Notes: a model not told the origin generated them from the letters alone. A DNA stretch of 57,883 nt from a virus (IMGVR_UViG_3300035661_000073:1-57883); one strand, 5' to 3'; numbered from the stretch's first letter, positions 15,154 to 23,395 are shown. Translations and numbers: made by a program.

Positions 15154-17712
15154 CTAGTCGGAATTGCGCCCGGCCCGGTACGGCACCCAGGGGTGTTCCT
15201 CCACCGGTTCCTGCCATTCCGTTTCCTGCCAGGGCGGCACGGCGTCCAGGCGGTGGGCGTAGTCGGCCAGGCCCATGGTCAGGTAGCGCAGGCTGGTGAT
15301 CACGTCGTAGCGCCGGATCGGGGTCTCACGCATGGGCCCGTCGCCGTCCTTGTTCCACTCGTAGCCGCTGTACTGGTCGTGCAGGGTTTTCAGGTTCTGG
15401 CTGATCAGCAGGCGCTGGGTCTGGAACCGGTGCCACATGGTGTCCATCCCGGTCGGGAAGGAGTTGTTGGCCTTGATGAATTTGCGCTTCTCCTCCTCGA
15501 TCTCGTCCCAGTTCGGGCCGTGGGCCAGGTCCCAGTACTTCTCCAGGATCTTGGTGCCGTCCGCCTGGGACGCCTGGTCCGAGGCCGGATCGATCATGAA
15601 CGACATCGATGGGCCCCACTTCTGGAGGTTCCGGTAGTGGTATTCATAGTCCTTCTCCGCCTGCTCGTACGAGGCGTAGACGTAGACCACGTCGGAGAGG
15701 GGATCCCAGGCGGCGGCGGTGGCGGCGGTCGGGTGGCGCCAGCCCACGTCCAGCCCACCCAGGTAGCGCCAGTGGGGACTGATGGCGATCTTGCGCGGGT
15801 CGTAGAGCACCGAGTCCAGCGGGAACGGGAAGATCAGGCCGGAGTTGCTGGTCTCCCGGCCCTCGGAACGGGCCGCCAGCATGGCCGGGTCGGACGCCCA
15901 CAGGGCCCGGTTCCGCGCCTTCACCTCTGGGTCCAGGTGCTTGGCGTCGTCGTAGCTCAGGTAGACGCGCAGGACATGGGGGCCGCCGGCATTGTCGCGG
16001 ATCCACTTCACCAGCGGGGTGATGCCGTGCTGCGGGCACAGGGCGTAGTAGATGAAGCCATTGTTGACCGAGATGCGGGCGATCAGCTCGTCCATGATCT
16101 CCTTCGGGCACTCCTCATCCACCCACACCCGGTCGCCAGTCCAGGAGGCCAGGGCCTGTTGGTCCATGCCGTGGGTCTTGAACGAGATGACGCTGGTGGT
16201 GTCGGACGGGACGTGCTTGACCCAGACAGTGTCGATGGCGCCGGCCACCGACTTCATGGACGGTTTGCCCATGATGTACTTGTGGTGGATCAGGGCCTCG
16301 CGCCCCGGCTTGTCGGTCCACCCCGGGCGGTTCTTGTCGGGCCCGAACAGTTTGCGCTGGGGGGCGTCACGCACGTTCTCGGTCGTGTCACCGACCACCC
16401 AGGCGTTGATGCCCCGCGAGGTTTTCGGGCCCTTGTACCAGTCCGGGTAGAGCCCGGTGGCGTCCCACGCCAGTTGCACAGCGGCGGCATGGCTCTTGCC
16501 CGAGTTGTGATTGAGCACCGTCCCAATGAAGTAGTTGTGGGTCCCCTCCACTTCAAAGTCCCACACCTGCCCCTTGCGGAGCCAATCAATGCGCCTTACG
16601 CTTTGGTTTGGAGCGTAATATGCCGAACAAGCACAAAGGTCGTCAATCTCGAGACTGGCCCGTGGACCAGATTCGCCGTTGGGTGGAGGTTGAAGGGTGG
16701 AATCTGCACCAGATTTCTCGAGAGATGGGGGTGCCCCTGTCCACCATGCAGAAGGTTCTGGTCCGGAATGGGATTCTCTTGAAGGGCAAGGGACGGCCCC
16801 CCCGAGACTGGCCAGTCGATCAGATCCGGCTGTGGGTGGAAGTTGATGGCTGGACGATGGATCAGGTTGCTCGAAAACTTGGCACCCACCACCAGACGGT
16901 GTCAAAGGTTTGTGCAAAACATGGGATTCGGACCCAACGGACAGGTCCTCGAGCAGGGGAAGGGCACCCGAAATGGGAAGGCGGCCGGATCCTGGACAAG
17001 CACGGCTACGTGCTGGTCTACCGGTTGAACCATCCGATGGCACGGAAGCGTGGGAAGATGCCCCCCATCTACGTCCCTGAGCATCGACTGGTGATGTCCG
17101 AGCACCTTGGGCGGATGCTTGATCCTCTCGAGGTTGTCCATCACAAGAACGGGGAGAAGCAGGATAATCGGCTCGAGAACCTCGAGCTTTACACATCCAA
17201 TGCTCTCCACCTTGAGGACGAACTGACGGGTCGCTGCCCAAAGTGGAGCGAAGCCGGGAAACAGGCGATCCGTCTTGGAGTAAAGCGGAGGTGGGCTGCC
17301 ACCCGGAAGGGGTCAGGATCCGGTGACCCCTCGAGCAAATGATCTGGGTTCCGTCATCGAAGGTAACCCGGTAGAGGTCCTCGAGGCATTTCTTGAACGG
17401 CCGATGAGCCCTCGAGATCACCACCTCATGGCCGTCCCATGACTCCACGAAGAAGTCACCGTCGATCTCGTCAACCCGCCTCGAACACTTGGCCACCGGG
17501 TCCCAGATCTCCTGCTCACCACCTACACATTGGTTCGCTCCGAAAATTCCCTTGATATGCTTGAAGGAATTGAAAAATTCCAACTGCGGTTCGTAGATCC
17601 CGTTCGGAAAGGCCATGTCGGTCAGGAAGGCCATCTCGGCTTCCTGCTGGATGCCGGCCTCCGCCAGTCGTAATCCGGTGACCAGCCCTTCCAAGCCGTC
17701 GTGTCTTGCCAT
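15154..17712 (-). CDS. terL: Terminase large subunit, intein-containing (about 510 aa after splicing)
   Basis: Walker A GANQ|SGKS split by the intein, Walker B 'VWVDEE', nuclease motifs 'GGLDVGWRHP' and 'YDVITSLRY'. Confidence 0.93.
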   Translation of the reverse strand: MARHDGLEGLVTGLRLAEAGIQQEAEMAFLTDMAFPNGIYEPQLEFFNSFKHIKGIFGANQCVGGEQEIWDPVAKCSRRVDEIDGDFFVESWDGHEVVISRAHRPFKKCLEDLYRVTFDDGTQIICSRGHRILTPSGWQPTSALLQDGSPVSRLRSTLGSDPSVRPQGGEHWMCKARGSRADYPASPRSCDGQPREDQASAQGARTSPVDAQGRRWGASSHASVPSDGSTGRPARSRACPGSGRLPISGALPLLEDLSVGSESHVLHKPLTPSGGGCQVFEQPDPSSSHQLPPTAGSDRLASLGGAVPCPSRESHSGPEPSAWWTGAPPSLEKSGADSTLQPPPNGESGPRASLEIDDLCACSAYYAPNQSVRRIDWLRKGQVWDFEVEGTHNYFIGTVLNHNSGKSHAAAVQLAWDATGLYPDWYKGPKTSRGINAWVVGDTTENVRDAPQRKLFGPDKNRPGWTDKPGREALIHHKYIMGKPSMKSVAGAIDTVWVKHVPSDTTSVISFKTHGMDQQALASWTGDRVWVDEECPKEIMDELIARISVNNGFIYYALCPQHGITPLVKWIRDNAGGPHVLRVYLSYDDAKHLDPEVKARNRALWASDPAMLAARSEGRETSNSGLIFPFPLDSVLYDPRKIAISPHWRYLGGLDVGWRHPTAATAAAWDPLSDVVYVYASYEQAEKDYEYHYRNLQKWGPSMSFMIDPASDQASQADGTKILEKYWDLAHGPNWDEIEEEKRKFIKANNSFPTGMDTMWHRFQTQRLLISQNLKTLHDQYSGYEWNKDGDGPMRETPIRRYDVITSLRYLTMGLADYAHRLDAVPPWQETEWQEPVEEHPWVPYRAGRNSD
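16574..16602 (+). promoter_or_regulatory. Candidate sigma70 promoter for the antisense HNH gene
   Basis: TTGCGG-N17-TACGCT, then GGAG (16610-16613) and ATG 16620. Confidence 0.45.
16620..17342 (+). CDS. HNH homing endonuclease with two N-terminal HTH-like repeats, encoded antisense inside the intein
   Basis: Two copies of 'RDWPVDQIRxWVEVxGW'; 'GEGHPKWEGGR...HGY...YVPEHRLVM...VVHHKNGEKQDNRLENLEL' (HNH_3 type); GGAG RBS. Confidence 0.92.
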   Translation: MPNKHKGRQSRDWPVDQIRRWVEVEGWNLHQISREMGVPLSTMQKVLVRNGILLKGKGRPPRDWPVDQIRLWVEVDGWTMDQVARKLGTHHQTVSKVCAKHGIRTQRTGPRAGEGHPKWEGGRILDKHGYVLVYRLNHPMARKRGKMPPIYVPEHRLVMSEHLGRMLDPLEVVHHKNGEKQDNRLENLELYTSNALHLEDELTGRCPKWSEAGKQAIRLGVKRRWAATRKGSGSGDPSSK

Positions 17713-17791
17713 GAAAACACCCCTGGGTTTGGGGGCATCCCCCGTCCCAAGGGTGTCTACTTTTTAGTCATCCGTCAATTTTTTGAGCCGA

Positions 17792-18223
17792 TCACCCTTC
17801 ACTTATTGCGATGTTGTCGCAAATAAAGGCGTGGTCGGGGTGGTCGATGGTGATGCCCCAGATGGGCTCCTCCATGATCTCGCCCATGTATTCCAGCAGG
17901 GCGAAGGCCGGAGCCCCCCTGGGAGTGCGGACCACCACCGGGCGCTGGTCCTGGGCCGCCCGGCGGGCCCGGATGAATTCCTGCTTGCCGTTCTCGCACA
18001 GGACACAGACCTTGTGGGCCAGGGTGCATTCCAGGATGCCGAAGTCGTGGCGGAACCGGTGGACCATGCGGATGCCGGCGTCGAAGGAGGTCAGCACATG
18101 GGCGGTGCGGAAGTCGTGATCGCGGAAGTCGTAGGCCAGCACCGGGTCGCCGGGATGCAGGTGGGGGATGGCGGTGCTTTCCCCGGACGGGTGCAGCACC
18201 TGGGCATCGCCGCGCAGACTCAT
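17792..18223 (-). CDS. Free-standing Hint (intein-like) domain protein
   Basis: 'SLRGDAQVLHPSG' (block A), 'LHPGDPVLAYD', 'LECTLAHKV' (TxxH block B), 'PIWGITID..HAFICDNIAIS' (block F/G without HN). Confidence 0.8.
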   Translation of the reverse strand: MSLRGDAQVLHPSGESTAIPHLHPGDPVLAYDFRDHDFRTAHVLTSFDAGIRMVHRFRHDFGILECTLAHKVCVLCENGKQEFIRARRAAQDQRPVVVRTPRGAPAFALLEYMGEIMEEPIWGITIDHPDHAFICDNIAISEG

Positions 18224-18477
18224 TCCTCGTCCTCGCTCATGGGCCGGTCGTTGTCCTTCCAGCAGGCCACCAGTTGTTCCTCGGAGTCACAGGCCATCAG
18301 GCGGTACATCCCCAGGGTTTCCATCGGGGTGGCATCGTCGGTACGTTTCTGCACCACATTCATGGTTCCTTCCTGGGTCATGGTCAGGATCAGCACCTGC
18401 CGGAACCGGTCCACGTTGGCGGCCAGGTCCATGGCATGGTTGATGATTTCCCCGCGTTGTTCGTCGGTCCACTTCAT
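18220..18477 (-). CDS. Hypothetical protein
   Basis: GGAG RBS; ATGA coupling to the Hint gene. Confidence 0.65.
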   Translation of the reverse strand: MKWTDEQRGEIINHAMDLAANVDRFRQVLILTMTQEGTMNVVQKRTDDATPMETLGMYRLMACDSEEQLVACWKDNDRPMSEDEE

Positions 18478-18625
18478 GGTCGCTCCAGTGAAGGTTCAGT
18501 CTCGGGGAGGGCCCGGCTTGCGCCTGGTAACCCTCCCCAAAGCCGTGGTTTCGTATCCACGGCACGATCCCCGCTTCCGGCCGGGTCATGGCCAGTCCGC
18601 GCCGGACGACGGGCAGGGGATGGGA

Positions 18626-18823
18626 TCATTGCAGCGCCTTTCGGAGCCATTCGTCTCGCTCCTCGGTGGCACGGGACTTGGAGTAGTGGCCACACCTTGG
18701 GCATTCCAACCGTTCGGCTGCGGGGTGGACGGCCGCCCATGCGTGGTGGCACCACTCACATTCGGCTTTCTCCGCGCACCACGGGCCTCGTTCGTCGTCG
18801 GGTTTGCTCGTTATGACGGTCAA
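18626..18823 (-). CDS. Small zinc-ribbon protein
   Basis: CEWC...CPRC; probable TTG start overlapping the upstream stop. Confidence 0.55.
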   Translation of the reverse strand: MTVITSKPDDERGPWCAEKAECEWCHHAWAAVHPAAERLECPRCGHYSKSRATEERDEWLRKALQ

Positions 18824-18996
18824 CCTCCCAAGACAGCATCTGGAGTATTCATGCGGAAACTGCCGCCAGGGAAGGGGATGCGCTCCATGGGGCCGCCGCA
18901 GGCCGAGCACTCCAGGCCCTCGTCCATCTGGTGGGTCGGGCGGATCACCTCGTCCCGGTGGGTGCATTCGGTACATCGATAGGCGTAGATCGGCAT
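18820..18996 (-). CDS. FmdB-family zinc-ribbon protein (58 aa, not in ORF track)
   Basis: MPIYAYRCTECTH...LECSACGGPMERI matches the MPxYxYxCxxC...CxxCG pattern. Confidence 0.8.
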   Translation of the reverse strand: MPIYAYRCTECTHRDEVIRPTHQMDEGLECSACGGPMERIPFPGGSFRMNTPDAVLGG

Positions 18997-18998
18997 GG

Positions 18999-19283
18999 CT
19001 ACCCCACTTTCTGGAACCCCTCGAAGGTCACGGTGTTGGTGGCGGTCTCCTCGTCCCAGTGGTTCATCACCATGGGGGTGTAGAACGGTGGCTGGCAGGA
19101 GTCGTCCGCCGGGTCGAAGGCTTCGCTGAAAGCCAGATACTCCACGCCCCGGGTGGTGAAGATGAACTCAGCCCGGGTCACCAGGCACTTCTCCAGGGCC
19201 AGCAGGGCCACCTCTGGGTGCGCCCGAAGAATCTCCTCACCGATGGTGAACCGCCCGATGCGCTTCTCCTCCACGATGTTCAT
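18999..19283 (-). CDS. Hypothetical protein
   Basis: GGAGG RBS; in operon. Confidence 0.7.
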   Translation of the reverse strand: MNIVEEKRIGRFTIGEEILRAHPEVALLALEKCLVTRAEFIFTTRGVEYLAFSEAFDPADDSCQPPFYTPMVMNHWDEETATNTVTFEGFQKVG

Positions 19284-19292
19284 GGTTCCTCC

Positions 19293-20060
19293 CTAGAACC
19301 TCAAGTCCGAATTCCAGTCATCGCTGGGGTTGGCATCGCCCTGCATCCCCAGGGTGGGGATGTCGTCGGTGGGCATCTCCACCTCCGCATCCACCACCGC
19401 CACCCCCTGGGCCGGAAGCAGGATCTTGATGCCGGTCTTCTCCTCGATCAGTGCCTGGTGGACCGTCAGCACCGACTGGAGCCGGGACCACACCTCCGGC
19501 CCGGTCAGGTCGTCGTGGTGGGTCACATCCACGGTCTGCTTCTTGCCGTACTTCTTGGCGTACATGGACTCGGCCATGCGGATCCGCAGGTCGGCCCGGG
19601 TCTTCTGGTGGAAGGTCTGCTTCCCGGACGGGTCCGGCTCGTCCACGATCTCAAGCGCCTGTTCCGCCAGGATGATGGCCCGCATCTTCTCGGCGGTCTC
19701 CATCAGGTCGGCAAAGGTCTTGTAGTCCGAGATCCAGTTCATGACCGTGCGGGCCTTGGGCATCCCGGGCACGGCCAGCAGGGCCGGGATGGAGTAGCCG
19801 GACGCCACCATGTCCAGCATCAGTTCCATCACGTCGGCCCGGGAAAGCTGCTTGCGGTTGACGATCCAGTAGTCCTGGGTCTCGGTGCGCTGGAGGGCTT
19901 CCAGGGTGATGGCCGCCCGCAGGTCGCCCTGGCCGATGCAGGGGTTGGAGGCGAAGTAGTGGCCCATGGCGTCCATGAGGGTCAGGGGCATCCGGCCCAC
20001 CACCGGCACGGTGTCCGGCGGGGCGGTGGGGTCCGGGGTGGCTGGGGGGCGTCCGCGCAT
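19293..20060 (-). CDS. terS: Terminase small subunit (Sf6-like)
   Basis: 'MVASGYSIPALL..PGMPKARTVMNWI...AEQALEIVD...RIRMAESMYAKKYG' matches the Sf6 gp1-type pattern; ATG 20060 overlaps the upstream stop. Confidence 0.8.
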   Translation of the reverse strand: MRGRPPATPDPTAPPDTVPVVGRMPLTLMDAMGHYFASNPCIGQGDLRAAITLEALQRTETQDYWIVNRKQLSRADVMELMLDMVASGYSIPALLAVPGMPKARTVMNWISDYKTFADLMETAEKMRAIILAEQALEIVDEPDPSGKQTFHQKTRADLRIRMAESMYAKKYGKKQTVDVTHHDDLTGPEVWSRLQSVLTVHQALIEEKTGIKILLPAQGVAVVDAEVEMPTDDIPTLGMQGDANPSDDWNSDLRF

Positions 20061-20401
20061 CACGACACCAGGGGCTGGTCCGGGGCGGGCGGCGGGCCGG
20101 CCTGGGCATGGGGCGGCCCCCCGAGCAGTTCCCGGATCGGGTCCAGGGCGGCCATGATGTCCACCTTGGCGACCCGGGCGCCGATAGTGGTCCGCATCAG
20201 TGGGGCCAGGCGCAGCATCAGGGTGGCCTTGATCTGCTGGTTCTCGATCAAGGTCAGGGGCAGCAGGTGGTTGATCACCTTGGCGTGGGGGTTGCCGATG
20301 GCGTCCATGTCCTTGACCCACTTGAGCGCATCGTGGATCTGGAGGTTGCCGACCGGAGGTCCCGGGGCCGGGTTCAGGGGGGCGATGTTATCGGGTGCCA
20401 T
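20060..20401 (-). CDS. Hypothetical protein
   Basis: GAGG RBS before ATG 20401; coupled to terS. Confidence 0.6.
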   Translation of the reverse strand: MAPDNIAPLNPAPGPPVGNLQIHDALKWVKDMDAIGNPHAKVINHLLPLTLIENQQIKATLMLRLAPLMRTTIGARVAKVDIMAALDPIRELLGGPPHAQAGPPPAPDQPLVS

Positions 20402-20573
20402 GGAGGATCCTCGGAAGGCGGTCGTGCTCGAATACGCGGACCAGTTCAATCGGCATCAGGAAGCCGTCGGCGGTGCAGGGCCGGCCAGCGCAGGGGCCCG
20501 GGTGGTAGCCGAACCGGTCCTTGCACTGGCTGTAGTCGTGCTCGTCGCACCAGACTCGAAAGGCGTTGCCCAT
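20388..20573 (-). CDS. Small Cys-rich hypothetical protein
   Basis: GGAGG RBS; follows the stop at 20576. Confidence 0.5.
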   Translation of the reverse strand: MGNAFRVWCDEHDYSQCKDRFGYHPGPCAGRPCTADGFLMPIELVRVFEHDRLPRILHGTR

Positions 20574-20575
20574 GC

Positions 20576-20869
20576 TCAGTCCTCCGCTACGGTGATCCAG
20601 GCTTTGGGGATGCTGACGACGGTGGTTCCGGACGCGCCCGACTTACACTCCAGGATCCGCAGCACCCCGCGCTTGGCCAGGTCGTGCAGGTTCTTCTGGA
20701 AGGTCATCCGGGTCAGTCCGGAGATCCGGCAGAGGTCTTCGGTGCGGAACTCGATCCGTTCCGGCTTGCCCTCGGCCACCAGGGACATGGCCAACAGGCT
20801 GACCACCTCGGACGGCTTAAATTCCGACAACATGGTCGTCCACCTTCTGGTGTCGAATTGGACTTTCAC
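20576..20869 (-). CDS. Winged-helix DNA-binding protein
   Basis: 'TEDLCRISGLTRMTFQKNLHDLAKRGVL' wHTH pattern. Confidence 0.7.
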   Translation of the reverse strand: MKVQFDTRRWTTMLSEFKPSEVVSLLAMSLVAEGKPERIEFRTEDLCRISGLTRMTFQKNLHDLAKRGVLRILECKSGASGTTVVSIPKAWITVAED

Positions 20870-20881
20870 GGAGGCTCCCGA

Positions 20882-21118
20882 TCAGCACGGACCCACCGAG
20901 AAACCGTCGTCATCCCCGCCCACGGGCGGCAGGGAGGCGAGGTTTCGGAGATGGGACAGTTCGGAGCGCAGGATAGCATTTTCCGAGCGCAGATCGTCCC
21001 GTTCTTTTCGCAGGGAGCGCAGTTCAGCGGCCGGCACGGCCGTCAGCAAGGTGGCCTTCTCCGGGGCAAGGGGGTTCCATTCTGTGCCCGGGACATCGGA
21101 CTCCCGTCTCATCGCCAT
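20882..21118 (-). CDS. Small coiled-coil protein
   Basis: GGAGG RBS; heptad-rich 'LRKERDDLRSENAILRSEL'. Confidence 0.65.
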   Translation of the reverse strand: MAMRRESDVPGTEWNPLAPEKATLLTAVPAAELRSLRKERDDLRSENAILRSELSHLRNLASLPPVGGDDDGFSVGPC

Positions 21119-21340
21119 GCCATCCTCCGTTCAGTCTAAAAAATATGCCGATTAGGGCAGACGCGCAAGCAAAGTTTCGCCCCCACCATGCTGGGCCCGG
21201 AGAACAGGCCCTGCCCCTTGGGGAACCGGGGTTGACACAACCCTTAGAGCCAGGGGGGGGCGACGGTCGCACCTCTAGGTTCTGGATTACCCGGGATGGT
21301 GTCCGGCGCACAGGCCGGGCGGGAAGGGCGATCATGGGCA

Positions 21341-21592
21341 TCATCCTTTCGGCGGGCAATGGATTCGTAGAAGGCCCAGACGGTCGGTGGCATCGTCCAG
21401 GCCGCAATGGCACTCCTGGTAGGCGGCACAGCGCCAGGAATCGTGGGCGGCAGACTCAGCGATCAGAGCCTCCAGTTCCGCGACACGGGCGCGAAGGTCA
21501 ACAACCCGACCTAGGGCTTGCTGCGAGGCATCCCGGGATTCGCTCATGACCCGCTCGACCCGCTCGATATCCTCATCATTGACGTAGGGCAT
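21341..21592 (-). CDS. Hypothetical protein
   Basis: AGGAG RBS; coiled coil plus CHC motif. Confidence 0.65.
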   Translation of the reverse strand: MPYVNDEDIERVERVMSESRDASQQALGRVVDLRARVAELEALIAESAAHDSWRCAAYQECHCGLDDATDRLGLLRIHCPPKG

Positions 21593-21610
21593 GGCTTCTC
21601 CTATGAGATT

Positions 21611-21832
21611 TTATGATTTTTCTTTGATCCAGAAATAATTCCCAATGTGTTCAACAACTCCCTGGCGGGCCAGGGCCATCAAGGTGTCATAAACCAGGGT
21701 CTGATCAGTGGGCGGCAGGTCCAGCCATCGGCGCAAGCGGGTGGCGGTCACCCCGTGGATGCCGGCGTGGTCCAGCTCCACCAGCAGGGACACCGGCAGG
21801 GGCATGTTGACGCTGCGGACGATCCGGTTCAT
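21611..21832 (-). CDS. Putative winged-helix protein (start uncertain, possibly 21907)
   Basis: 'VTATRLRRWL...VYDTLMALARQGVVEH'. Confidence 0.5.
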   Translation of the reverse strand: MNRIVRSVNMPLPVSLLVELDHAGIHGVTATRLRRWLDLPPTDQTLVYDTLMALARQGVVEHIGNYFWIKEKS

Positions 21833-21995
21833 CGCGGCCACCTGCTTTCGAATTTCAGGATTATGCCTCCGATGACACCCGAAAAAATACTTACGGGGAT
21901 TCGCCACGGTTTTACCGGATTGGCGGTCCTGGCCTTACCTCGCGCCTTATTGGTGTTATTTATTTTTACCGAAAATTTATTTAATTCATTATTCC

Positions 21996-22892
21996 TCATG
22001 ACAGTGCCTCCTGGATGGCGTCCTTGACCATGGTCGGGGTGATGTCGCATTGGTGGCCGGCGAAGGCGGGGCACCAGTTCCTGAACAGGGAGCAGGTGTC
22101 GTCGGCGCCGGAGCGGATGCGCTGCATGGCGTACTGGGACCAACCTGGTTGTTGCATCCGTTCGTAGCAGGGGAAGTGGGGGCAGGGCGACTCCACCGCC
22201 AGGAACCGCCCCTGTGCCCGGAACGGCACCCGGTTGCGGCCCCGGACCACGGTGTAGAGCCCGACGATGGCGATGGCGGACGCCCCGGCCAGTTGGATCG
22301 GCCCGCCGTCGCAGGACACCAGCAGGTCGGCCTGGCGGCACAGGGCCACGAACTCCAGGAAGTCGGTGCGGTCCCGGTAGTCCAGCACCCCGTCCACGCC
22401 CAGGTCCGCCACCCCCTTCTCGTGGCGGTTCGAGCCGACCTGGACGACGGTGAACCGCTGCCCCAACAGCCAGGTGGCGATCTCCCGCCAGTGTTCAATG
22501 GGCCAGGTGCGGTTCGGGTCGCCGGTGGAAGGGTGGAGCAGGGCCACCTTGTGGTCCGGGTCGAACCCGAAGTCCAGCTCGGGGACGGCCAGGTCCAGGG
22601 TCTTGTCGGCGGTCGGGACTTCGTGGCCCAGGAGCGGGTCCAGGTAGGCGTCCACCTGGTGGCGGTCCGGGATGCCGTAGACCGCGTTGCGGAGGTCGGC
22701 CACGGCGCCCTCGGTGACGAACCCGGGCTGGGTGATGACGGCGGCGACATGGGGGCAGGCGCGGGCCAGGGGGGCGTACTGCGGGTCGGTCTGGAGGGTG
22801 ACGGTGATGCCGGCCGAGCGCAGGGCTTTGGCGGCGCACAGGGCCATGGCCACGTCGCCCATGCCGTTGGTTCGGATCAGCGTAAGGTTCAT
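21996..22892 (-). CDS. Glycosyltransferase family 9 (heptosyltransferase-like)
   Basis: 'GMGDVAM', 'LLHPSTGDPNRTWP...W', 'DYRDRTDFLEFVALCRQADLLVSCDGGPIQLAGA'. Confidence 0.88.
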   Translation of the reverse strand: MNLTLIRTNGMGDVAMALCAAKALRSAGITVTLQTDPQYAPLARACPHVAAVITQPGFVTEGAVADLRNAVYGIPDRHQVDAYLDPLLGHEVPTADKTLDLAVPELDFGFDPDHKVALLHPSTGDPNRTWPIEHWREIATWLLGQRFTVVQVGSNRHEKGVADLGVDGVLDYRDRTDFLEFVALCRQADLLVSCDGGPIQLAGASAIAIVGLYTVVRGRNRVPFRAQGRFLAVESPCPHFPCYERMQQPGWSQYAMQRIRSGADDTCSLFRNWCPAFAGHQCDITPTMVKDAIQEALS

Positions 22893-23335
22893 CCCTGTGC
22901 CTCGGGGTGGAGGTCAGTGTGGGCGATCACATGCTTGACCCGGCGCGGAAGCGACTCGGTCTTATGGGCCATATGGCTCATCGGATCCGGCTCAGGGCCG
23001 CCAACCCGGGGGGCCGGCGAGTTCCACCAGGTGATCGTCCGTGGGTTCGGGTAGTTCGGGTAGACCAAGTGCGGGTTGACGTAGAGCCGGCTCCAACTCG
23101 GGCTTGCCGCCCTCCGGACCAACCCATCGTCTTCTAACCGCTTCAGAGCCTTCCAGAGCGCCGTCCGGTCGATCCCCGCCTCCTCCTGGTAGGCCGCCGC
23201 GTCAAGCACCACCTCGTTGTGGTAGTTCATCTTGTCGATGAGATACCCGAGCAGTTCCCTAGAAACCTGGCTGCTGATACCAAGCAACACCCTTAGAGTG
23301 CTTACCTTGACCTTCTTGACCACGCCCAACTCCAC
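22889..23335 (-). CDS. RepL-like winged-helix protein
   Basis: 'LLGYLIDKMNYHNEV...GIDRTALWKALKRLEDDGLV...LYVNPHL'. Confidence 0.65.
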   Translation of the reverse strand: MELGVVKKVKVSTLRVLLGISSQVSRELLGYLIDKMNYHNEVVLDAAAYQEEAGIDRTALWKALKRLEDDGLVRRAASPSWSRLYVNPHLVYPNYPNPRTITWWNSPAPRVGGPEPDPMSHMAHKTESLPRRVKHVIAHTDLHPEAQG

Positions 23336-23367
23336 TTACGTTCGGGTGTCCGCCCGATTCACCCCTA

Positions 23368-23395
23368 AATGTAGTCTTCAAAAACTACACGTCAA
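23368..23395 (-). promoter_or_regulatory. Leftward sigma70 promoter with overlapping inverted repeat
   Basis: Minus strand TTGACG-N16-TACATT; TGTAGT...ACTACA palindrome within it. Confidence 0.6.

Larger units (their letters stand above)
16504..17529 (-). mobile_element. Intein (342 aa) in the terL Walker A motif
   Basis: N-terminal Cys (CVGGEQEI), block B 'ICSRGHRIL', block F/G 'VWDFEVEGTHNYFIGTVLNHN', followed by +1 Ser. Confidence 0.93.

Noticed and set aside
7835-16782. Long plus-strand ORFs opposite the PurD-like, capsid, scaffold, portal and terL genes
   Set aside because: Codon-aligned shadows without motifs, unlike 16620..17342, which is frame-offset and has clear HNH motifs and an RBS.
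16650-16853. About 50-nt direct repeat as a DGR template/variable repeat pair
   Set aside because: Differences are mostly synonymous rather than adenine-specific, and there is no reverse transcriptase; it encodes duplicated HTH-like units.
17792-18223. Hint gene as half of a split intein
   Set aside because: It contains both N- and C-terminal blocks and no extein, and the terL intein is already complete.
18804-21155. 783-aa plus-strand ORF
   Set aside because: Overlaps several convincing minus-strand genes (terS, wHTH, FmdB-like); no domain signal.
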